Virus record (IMG/VR): IMGVR_UViG_3300035208_006985
DNA length: 64,000 bases
Reading direction: 5' to 3' (one strand)
From: a virus
Lineage: Duplodnaviria > Caudoviricetes
The notes under the pieces are model-generated. The model did no database searches. It saw only the letters and a program-made list of their open reading frames with translations, and had not been told where the DNA came from. Positions 56,720-64,000 of this stretch are shown here, piece after piece. Position 1 is the stretch's first letter; the number at the start of each line of letters is the position of its first letter. The position numbers and the translations under genes were made by a program.

Positions 56720-58359
56720 ATGGGTAGTATCAATTTTTGCTCACTATCACAAATAATTTCAATAATAGCAGGTCCATACACATCTTTAAACTTGGCTGCA
56801 ATAGTATCAAAATTTTTATAATCATCAATTAAATAATATGGTATATCATAGGCATCGGCAACTTTTTTAATATTAAGCATAGTATTTTCATCCTCAACAT
56901 GCCTCCCATGGTCCCTCATGGAAATATAGCCCCCATTATTAATAATAAATAACTTCACATTAAGTTTATAATAAGAAAGCGTTTTTAACTCTTGAATATT
57001 AGTCTCTAAGGAGCCATCACCCGTCATTGTAAGAATACAAACTTTTGGATCTGCTATTGCAGCACCAATAGATAAGGGTATAGATAGACCCATAGAAGCA
57101 TAAGCCCCTGAAGTTATTTCTTTAACTCCATTTTCAAATGAAAAAGTTTGCCCCGCAACATAATAACTGCTACCAGCATCATCAACAAGAATGTCCCCCT
57201 TTTTGGACATCTCATCAATCTTTTTTGCTACAAAATAAATATCAATAGGATTTTGTTCTTTAACAAACAACTTGGTAGATAATTTTTCTTTATACTTTAA
57301 ACAGTGTTCAAACCAATTTTTACGCTCTGCAGAATATCTTATAGGAAATGCATACAAAATATTTAAGAGACCCCTTAAAAAGTCTTGTGCATCTTTTATA
57401 ACTACTCCGGACAACCTATGTTGAACTTTAGTAATCTCAGCTAATTCAATATCCACCATGTAAATCTTTGCATTTGGATTAAAAAAAGATAGATCATACC
57501 CAGCAAATGCCACAGATAGACTTGTTCCTATAGCAATTACTACATCGGCTTCACCCATAATTAACTTATTAAATTTTGTTCCTTTTATACCCCCCAAACC
57601 CATATTATTAACATTTGAATAAGGTAAACAGTCAAGCCCAAGTCTTGATAAAATTATCGGGCATTCTAAACAAGATGCTAACCTTTTAAGTTCAGAAACA
57701 GCATCTGAGTTTTTAATTCCTTGGCCAGCTAATATTAATGGTCTCTTTGCATTGTTTAAGTCCTCAGATATCTTATCAGTAAATTTTTTATTAGTGCTAA
57801 ACCCAAAAAGATTATCTTCCTCCACATATGCAGATTGTATGTCCAAAGGAATATCCAACCAAACTGGTCCCATTCTTCCGGATGTTGCTACAGATATAGC
57901 TTTCTCCAACTCATAAAGAATGCTTTCTGGTATAGTAATCATAACTGCGTATTTAGTAATGGACTTAACAACGTCAATAATATTTAACTCCTGTATACCA
58001 AAAGACCTCAAATTAGGTATATTAGCATTTTTTGTTGTTTGATTAATAGGAGATTGACCCGAAATTACAAGAACAGGGGAGGAATCTACATAGCATTCCG
58101 TTACACCAGTAACAGCATTTGCACCCCCAGGACCAGTAGTTACATAAACAACCCCAAACCCGCCTTTTGTACGTGCATATGCCTCTGCCATCATAGGTCC
58201 TGTGGCTTCATTTTTTATACAAACTCCTCGAATACCCTCATGCTTTGATATGGCTTCATCTAAATGAATAGCACCCCCACCACTAAGCATAAATACATCT
58301 GTTATTCCCCTCTTATACAACCAATCTGCTATAAAATCAGATACTTTTACTTTGGCCAT
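56713..58359 (-). CDS. ThDP-dependent acetolactate-synthase-like enzyme (YerE-like)
   Basis: LSGGGAIHL, VTTGPGGAN, GPVWLDIPLD, GDGS...NNGGY. Confidence 0.88.
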   Translation of the reverse strand: MAKVKVSDFIADWLYKRGITDVFMLSGGGAIHLDEAISKHEGIRGVCIKNEATGPMMAEAYARTKGGFGVVYVTTGPGGANAVTGVTECYVDSSPVLVISGQSPINQTTKNANIPNLRSFGIQELNIIDVVKSITKYAVMITIPESILYELEKAISVATSGRMGPVWLDIPLDIQSAYVEEDNLFGFSTNKKFTDKISEDLNNAKRPLILAGQGIKNSDAVSELKRLASCLECPIILSRLGLDCLPYSNVNNMGLGGIKGTKFNKLIMGEADVVIAIGTSLSVAFAGYDLSFFNPNAKIYMVDIELAEITKVQHRLSGVVIKDAQDFLRGLLNILYAFPIRYSAERKNWFEHCLKYKEKLSTKLFVKEQNPIDIYFVAKKIDEMSKKGDILVDDAGSSYYVAGQTFSFENGVKEITSGAYASMGLSIPLSIGAAIADPKVCILTMTGDGSLETNIQELKTLSYYKLNVKLFIINNGGYISMRDHGRHVEDENTMLNIKKVADAYDIPYYLIDDYKNFDTIAAKFKDVYGPAIIEIICDSEQKLILPIC

Positions 58360-59282
58360 AAATCACTTTCTTTTAATAAATCTAATTCCTCTTTCTTTAT
58401 GGGATAACAAAATTCTTCTGTTGGAAAAATACCCTCTCTTACTTCCTTAACATATTGCTCTATAGCATGAGTTATTAAAAATAATAACCCATCGTTTTTT
58501 GTCTCTCTTCCATATATAATAATATTTGTAGCATGATTATTTATATGTTGAAAATACAGTTTAGAAGCATCCGGAATATAACATTTCGAAAAATAAGGTC
58601 TAAACGTAGGATACAATCCTAATAAATCATGCATAATAAGTAATTGACCATCTACCTTACTACCAGCACCCACTCCATACACAGGAACCTTACATTTCTT
58701 AGTTATTGCCCACCCAGGCTCTGTTGGAATTGCTTCTAACAAAATTGAAAATACACCTGCTTTTTCAAGACAACTTGCATCATCTATTGTTTCAACAAAA
58801 GATTCTAAATCTTTACATTGAACTTTATAACCCCCAAAAGATTGCGTGCTTTGTGGTGTAAGTCCCAAATGTCCCATAACCAATATACCAGAATTAACAA
58901 TAGCCTCAATTCTAGAAGAAACCCTGCACCCTCCTTCAAGTTTTATAGCATCACAACCAGCCTCTTTTATAAATCTCAATGCATTTCTTACAGCATCCTC
59001 ATCAGAAATTTCATATGATCCTTGAGGCATATCCCCTATAATAAATGTATTAGGAGCCCCTCTACGAACTGCCTTAGCCATCATAATCATTTCATCCATT
59101 ACTATTGGATTTGTATTAGAATATCCATATTGAACCATACCTCCAGAATCTCCTACAAGAATCATATCCACTCCAGCTTTCTCCGCACAATAAGCCATTG
59201 GATAATCATAGGCAGTAACCCAAGCAACAGGTATACCTTCCTTTTTCATAGCATTCATTTTAAAAATATTTAATTTAGACAT
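58347..59282 (-). CDS. panB: 3-methyl-2-oxobutanoate hydroxymethyltransferase
   Basis: TAYDY, LVGDS, GDMP.GSY, KLEGG, GHLGLTPQ, GAG...DGQ.L..HDLLG. Confidence 0.92.
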   Translation of the reverse strand: MSKLNIFKMNAMKKEGIPVAWVTAYDYPMAYCAEKAGVDMILVGDSGGMVQYGYSNTNPIVMDEMIMMAKAVRRGAPNTFIIGDMPQGSYEISDEDAVRNALRFIKEAGCDAIKLEGGCRVSSRIEAIVNSGILVMGHLGLTPQSTQSFGGYKVQCKDLESFVETIDDASCLEKAGVFSILLEAIPTEPGWAITKKCKVPVYGVGAGSKVDGQLLIMHDLLGLYPTFRPYFSKCYIPDASKLYFQHINNHATNIIIYGRETKNDGLLFLITHAIEQYVKEVREGIFPTEEFCYPIKKEELDLLKESDLWPK

Positions 59283-59300
59283 AAAAATACTCCTAAAAAT

Positions 59301-60398
59301 TTAATTAACTATTAGACTGTCTATGGGTTTTGAATCTCCAAAAGCAATTACCCACCCCCAATATCTACCATTACCATTAATCAATTCCCAACTATTATAT
59401 TCATTACTCCAACTAACTTGGATGGGTTTCAAAAGTTCTTTAGTTACAAGCAATTCTCTAGCAAGGTCTAAAGGATTGGGTATTAAATTATTTTTGTTTT
59501 CAAATGCCTCTTTAAGATTGGTATACCCTACACGCTTTTCATAACCCCCAGCATATTTACATACTATATCCTTGGGTAAAATTTTTTCAATTTTATATGT
59601 AAAATCACAATCTATCTCATTGCAATCTTGTTCTGATAAGTCAAAACTTGCGGAATTAATATTTTCAATAGTATGTTTTATACCTGAAGATTTAGGTATA
59701 GCTATTGTAGTAGAATGCCTCAAAATCCATCTAAGAACTACCTGATACACACTCTTATCGTGTTTCTTCACTAAATTTGTAAGGGATCTGGCATTTACAT
59801 TAAAAGAACCTTGACAAAGGGGTGTATAAGCAACAAAAGGAATATTTAAAGTATCACAAAAAGGAATGATAGTTTTCTCTACCCCCCTTTCAAGAATATT
59901 ATATTCCATTTGAATAGCTTTTAAATTAATTCCAATTAATTCATAAACCTCTAAAATCTTGGAAAAACTAAAATTGCTTAAACCTATACCCTTGATTATT
60001 CCCCTACTCATTAAACCTGACATAGCATTTAATGTTTCAGATAATGAAATAGAATTATTGGGCCAATGAATATAATAAATATCTAAATAATCTGTATTTA
60101 AACGCCTAAGACTTTGTTCACATGAATTTATTACAGAATGATATTTTAAATGTTCGGGCGAAACTTTAGAACAAATACAAAGTTTATCCCTATCGTAACC
60201 CTTGTTGATGGCTTCTCCAACAATCTTTTCCGAAATACCTTTTATGTATGACTCGGCAGTATCAATAAGATTTGCACCAGCATCCAATCCCGCTCGTATA
60301 ATATTTACTTGTTCATTATAGGTGTCTGGATGAATGCCGGAAGTACCCAACCCAATAGCAGTTATACTTTTGTCATTATATAATTTTCGTTGTAGCAT
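59301..60398 (-). CDS. Aldo/keto reductase with C-terminal ParB-like extension
   Basis: IDTAESY, SK, IHWP, IGLSNF, IPKSS; tail LLKPIQV...LINGNGRY. Confidence 0.82.
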   Translation of the reverse strand: MLQRKLYNDKSITAIGLGTSGIHPDTYNEQVNIIRAGLDAGANLIDTAESYIKGISEKIVGEAINKGYDRDKLCICSKVSPEHLKYHSVINSCEQSLRRLNTDYLDIYYIHWPNNSISLSETLNAMSGLMSRGIIKGIGLSNFSFSKILEVYELIGINLKAIQMEYNILERGVEKTIIPFCDTLNIPFVAYTPLCQGSFNVNARSLTNLVKKHDKSVYQVVLRWILRHSTTIAIPKSSGIKHTIENINSASFDLSEQDCNEIDCDFTYKIEKILPKDIVCKYAGGYEKRVGYTNLKEAFENKNNLIPNPLDLARELLVTKELLKPIQVSWSNEYNSWELINGNGRYWGWVIAFGDSKPIDSLIVN

Positions 60399-60401
60399 AG
60401 T

Positions 60402-60824
60402 TTATATACTAATAAAATAATCCAAACCATCTGTATTTATGTTAGATCTGAGAGCAATTTTATCGGTTTCCTCTGTAATTTCCAACAATAAGTTTCTTAT
60501 TTGATTACGAATACCATTAAGTTGGTGTGCTTTTTTTAAATAATTGCTATAAGACTCTTGGCTTATTGTATCTTTTTGCATCTCATCTTTGCAATCCCAA
60601 ATAAAGGCATTAATTTGGGCTATTACAAATACTTGTCTAAGTAATCTTGCTGTTAATTTAATATCTTTTTCTTTAATAATCAAATCGATATCATGCTCTA
60701 AAGCCTCAATCTCCTTAGAATTTTTTTGTCTATCTTTTAACAAAAACAACTCTCTTAATTGAACAACAGTAAATTTTTCTATCAGCTCAGAAAATGTAGG
60801 TAATATTTCTCTTTTATCCAACAT
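60402..60824 (-). CDS. Hypothetical helical protein in the sugar cluster
   Basis: Packed ORF. Confidence 0.6.
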   Translation of the reverse strand: MLDKREILPTFSELIEKFTVVQLRELFLLKDRQKNSKEIEALEHDIDLIIKEKDIKLTARLLRQVFVIAQINAFIWDCKDEMQKDTISQESYSNYLKKAHQLNGIRNQIRNLLLEITEETDKIALRSNINTDGLDYFISI

Positions 60825-61803
60825 TAAAGGGTTTCCTCACATTCAATAAATTCTTATTATGCCTATACCAATCAAAAGTTTTAACGATGCCCTCTTCTAA
60901 ACTTGTTTTACAATGAAATCCTATAAGAGTCTCCATCCTGCTTACATCAAGATATCTAACAGGATCTCCTGAGTAAGCCATATCATCATTTTCAAACTCT
61001 ATATCCTTTCCACTTAGTCTACCAACCATTTGTGCCAATTCCTTTATAGCAATTGGATTTCCACTGCCAATATTAATAGGATAGCACGGAGGGGCTTTTA
61101 TCATAGCCAGTAAAAGAGCTTCTGCTATATCATCCATGTATACAAAATCTCTTATTGCTCTGCCATCTCCAATGATTTTTACTGGGGTTATATTGGATTC
61201 AATTTTAGCAATCAAAGCTGGTATAACTTGAGCAGTCTGTATATTAAAATCATCAAATGGTCCATAACAATTACAGGGTCTTACAATTCTTACACCATCC
61301 CAAAATTTATCCTTAAAATACATCTCACCCTGGATTTCCCCCAACCTCTTAGCTATACCAGCATATACATCATTTTGTCTGGGTAACCCCTCCCACATAT
61401 CATCTTCTTTTTTAGCAATGCTCATCTGAGGATAGCTACAAATGCTTCCTACAAACATAAACCTATCTACCTTATTCTTATAAGCCTCGTGCATAAGATG
61501 TGTCTGAAAAAGAATATAATTAATAAAATCCTCCGGATTCTTATTAATTTTACTTACAGATCCTTTTATACACATTAGATTAAATACGTAATCCACTCCC
61601 TTTGTTGCTTGTTTACATGCCTCTGAAGTGGTCAAATTAAGTTGCATAAAAGATACTTCTGCTGGAAGAACACACTTTGAATATTCCAGACTATCTAAAG
61701 AAACTACTCTTACATTAGCACCCTGACTTACTAAATTTTTTACAAGTGGGATTCCTATAGCCCCAGTCCCACCTGCCACAAGCACATTTTTATCTTTATA
61801 CAT
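60814..61803 (-). CDS. NAD-dependent epimerase/dehydratase
   Basis: VAGGTGAIG, GSICSY, RPCNCYGP, VIPAL, RDFVY. Confidence 0.87.
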   Translation of the reverse strand: MYKDKNVLVAGGTGAIGIPLVKNLVSQGANVRVVSLDSLEYSKCVLPAEVSFMQLNLTTSEACKQATKGVDYVFNLMCIKGSVSKINKNPEDFINYILFQTHLMHEAYKNKVDRFMFVGSICSYPQMSIAKKEDDMWEGLPRQNDVYAGIAKRLGEIQGEMYFKDKFWDGVRIVRPCNCYGPFDDFNIQTAQVIPALIAKIESNITPVKIIGDGRAIRDFVYMDDIAEALLLAMIKAPPCYPINIGSGNPIAIKELAQMVGRLSGKDIEFENDDMAYSGDPVRYLDVSRMETLIGFHCKTSLEEGIVKTFDWYRHNKNLLNVRKPFNVG

Positions 61804-61815
61804 AATTAGTTCTTC

Positions 61816-62781
61816 TTATTTATAATTTTCTTTATACCAATTCAAGGTTCTCTTTATACCCTCTTGAAAAGAAATTTTAGGAGCCCAACCGAATACTTTT
61901 AAAGCATAGCTATTGCTTAAAGCTAATTTTGTTGGAATAGTAGGTTTAGAATTGTCATAAATAATACTTAACTTTTTACCAGATAATTCAATAATAGTTT
62001 CTACCATCTCCTTTACTGTAATAGCTTTTCCATATGATACATTTACTAATTCAAAAGGTTTTAATTGTAAATTTATAGCCTTAAGAATAAAATCTACTAC
62101 ATTATCTACATAAATTAAATCTCTAGCTGTGTCCTCTCCACTACCCCAAACAGTAATAGAGTCTCCATCTTTAGCATCCATAACCTTTCGTATTGTTGCG
62201 CCAAAAACATGCGAATGTTCTAAATCATATTTGTCATGATGTCCAAAAGTATTCGAATGCCTTATTGCAATATGTTTAGTTCTTCCCAAAGAAGAATAAA
62301 ACTCACACATTTTTTCAATATATACCTTAGTCCAACCAACTCCAAAATAACTTTTATGTAATGTATCATGTTCGTTAAAATCTTCTTCGGTTCTAGGATT
62401 TTCTCCAGGTTGATACATTACACCACAACTTAAAAATATAAAATGCTTTACAGATGTTTCATAACAAGCCCTAAGAATTAAAGAATTCATTAAAGCATTA
62501 TCTGTTACATGTATATAAGGTCTTTCCGTAATATCCTTAGATCCAGAAGTAACTGCAGCAGCCTGAATAACTATATCATATTGCTCTGCAAAAACGTGAT
62601 CAACTCCCTTCTTTGTAGTCAAATCCACAGAGTAAAGTTTTGTTAAGCCCCTCAAAGGACAGCTTTTGCTAAAGGTTTCAACACCATAAATATCATAGTC
62701 TTCTGGGTAAGATAAAAATCTTTCTGCAATATTTCTGCCCATAAAACCAGTTATACCACATACTAATACTTTCTTTTTCAT
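61816..62781 (-). CDS. NAD-dependent epimerase/dehydratase
   Basis: VCGITGFMG, QAAA, HSHVF, VWGSG...RDLIY. Confidence 0.87.
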   Translation of the reverse strand: MKKKVLVCGITGFMGRNIAERFLSYPEDYDIYGVETFSKSCPLRGLTKLYSVDLTTKKGVDHVFAEQYDIVIQAAAVTSGSKDITERPYIHVTDNALMNSLILRACYETSVKHFIFLSCGVMYQPGENPRTEEDFNEHDTLHKSYFGVGWTKVYIEKMCEFYSSLGRTKHIAIRHSNTFGHHDKYDLEHSHVFGATIRKVMDAKDGDSITVWGSGEDTARDLIYVDNVVDFILKAINLQLKPFELVNVSYGKAITVKEMVETIIELSGKKLSIIYDNSKPTIPTKLALSNSYALKVFGWAPKISFQEGIKRTLNWYKENYK

Positions 62782-63794
62782 ATATTTTCCCGCCAATAAT
62801 GTAATAGATCAAATGCAATATCATCTAAAGTTTTTATGGGTCGCCATCCAGTATCTTCTCCGAACTTAGACCAATCTGGTATTTGAAGTGTTATATCTGT
62901 GGGTCTAATAAGATCGGGGTCTACTATTATATCAAAATATTCTCTAGGTATTATACTTTTGGATAAAAGATTCTCGAGAGCATCTCCTACAGTATACGTA
63001 TGATCCCCCCCAATATTATATACCTCTCCCACCTTACCTTTTGTGGCAGCTAACCAGTATGCTTTCACCGCATCATCTATATGGGCGTATGTTCTAACAG
63101 AATTAAGATTACCTACTTTTATGGGAAATACAAGTTCTTTTGTAGTAAAATCATAAAATGTATCTGTTACCTTTTTTTCATGAATTGCAATTTGACGAGC
63201 AAAACTTGATAATGCAAATTGCTTCCCTCTTCTAGCCCCCTCATGACTAAACATACGAGTAACAATAATTTTCAAGCCAAAAGCTTTCTGATAATACTGA
63301 GAAAAAAGATCTTGTGTTACTTTGGATATGCTATAAGGATTTGCAGCTCTAATTGGGTTATTTTCTTTTATAGGAACTTCTTCGGGTAAGGGCATGCCAT
63401 ATACTTCGGAAGAACTAACAGAAATAATTATTGGGTCACATTCATTTCTAATTTTTGCTTGATATAATTCTTCTAATAAATTTACAGTGCCTATCCCATT
63501 ATTAGAAAGGGTATAAACTGGAGTAAAAAAACTAGACCCAGGAAAACTTTGAGCTGCAAAATGAAAAACATAATCAGGCTTAGCTTCTTGAATAAGTCTA
63601 TTTAAACTCCCCCTATCAAAAAGATCTGCCTCTATAAATCTAACCCTAGGATTGCCATAAAGATGTTTTATATTTTCATCACGACTCCTCCAACGTCGGC
63701 CTGCAAAAATCATAGCCTCTGGGATATTCTTTAAAATATAATCTGCCATATGGCTTCCTACAAACCCTGTAATACCTGTAATAAGTATATTCAT
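62778..63794 (-). CDS. GDP-mannose 4,6-dehydratase-like
   Basis: ITGITGFVGSH, FHFAAQS, SSSEVYG, NPYSISK, FSHEG, GNLNSVR. Confidence 0.88.
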   Translation of the reverse strand: MNILITGITGFVGSHMADYILKNIPEAMIFAGRRWRSRDENIKHLYGNPRVRFIEADLFDRGSLNRLIQEAKPDYVFHFAAQSFPGSSFFTPVYTLSNNGIGTVNLLEELYQAKIRNECDPIIISVSSSEVYGMPLPEEVPIKENNPIRAANPYSISKVTQDLFSQYYQKAFGLKIIVTRMFSHEGARRGKQFALSSFARQIAIHEKKVTDTFYDFTTKELVFPIKVGNLNSVRTYAHIDDAVKAYWLAATKGKVGEVYNIGGDHTYTVGDALENLLSKSIIPREYFDIIVDPDLIRPTDITLQIPDWSKFGEDTGWRPIKTLDDIAFDLLHYWRENI

Positions 63795-63795
63795 A

Positions 63796-63999
63796 TTAAT
63801 CCTTTATATCTTTTCCATATAATTTAATATAATTAACAAGTTTATTTATATCATTTTCTCTTTCCTGACCCATCTCTGTAGACCAAAAATTAGGAGATGT
63901 AGTGCCTTTGTGAGAATTAGTATCCATTTCTGTTTGATCACCTATAGCCACATAATGCCTTACACTAATATCATTTACAACACCATATATTCCACTTCT
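63796..63999 (-). CDS. C-terminal fragment of a gene entering from beyond the window
   Basis: Open frame RSGIYGVVNDISVRHY...GKDIKD* ending just before the dehydratase start. Confidence 0.6.
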   Translation of the reverse strand, partial: RSGIYGVVNDISVRHYVAIGDQTEMDTNSHKGTTSPNFWSTEMGQERENDINKLVNYIKLYGKDIKD

Positions 64000-64000
64000 A

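Noticed and set aside
1399-59544. Other short plus-strand ORFs in the track
   Set aside because: Nearly all are antisense to well-supported minus-strand genes and lack recognisable motifs; 2666..2920 is intergenic but unsupported.
1-64000. Stop-codon reassignment
   Set aside because: Conserved genes are full length in the standard code, all three stops are used, and no suppressor tRNA was seen.
1-64000. Bacterial chromosome origin (recA, groEL, panB, ssrA)
   Set aside because: Dense small ORFs, phage-type replication genes, dNMP kinase and CCA-less tRNAs, with no ribosomal or core operons, favour a large phage.

Overview
This is a 64-kb AT-rich segment of a large (jumbo-type) dsDNA bacteriophage, with almost all genes on the minus strand. 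Bases 1-14 kb are an accessory region. It holds small ORFs, three free-standing TnpB nuclease genes, tRNA-Met, tRNA-Arg, tRNA-Trp, a tmRNA, an HNH endonuclease and unassigned structured RNAs. Bases 14-51 kb cover replication, recombination, repair and nucleotide metabolism. Genes there include a split Rad50/SbcC with Mre11, dNMP kinase, RecA, split DnaG, DnaB, a DnaC-like loader, a UDG-PolA fusion, a 5'-3' exonuclease, a UvsW-like helicase, PNK, RtcB, GroEL, NrdD/NrdG, two DNA MTases and a sigma factor. Bases 51-64 kb are an NDP-sugar cluster with three ThDP-enzyme systems and PanB, suggesting branched-chain sugar synthesis. The top observation concerns the two paralogous plus-strand tnpB genes. 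Each has a different 15-nt loop in its omegaRNA region, and each loop is antisense, in the same register, to the region -22 to -8 from its own start codon. This suggests locus-specific RNA-guided autoregulation. Other notable items are a 163-bp omegaRNA-only IS605-type mini-element whose excision restores a gene, a tnpB whose guide is a duplicate of the neighbouring gene start, a tRNA-Trp with a long variable arm, and a tmRNA with an atypical tag. All calls come from motif reading by eye; no database searches were run.
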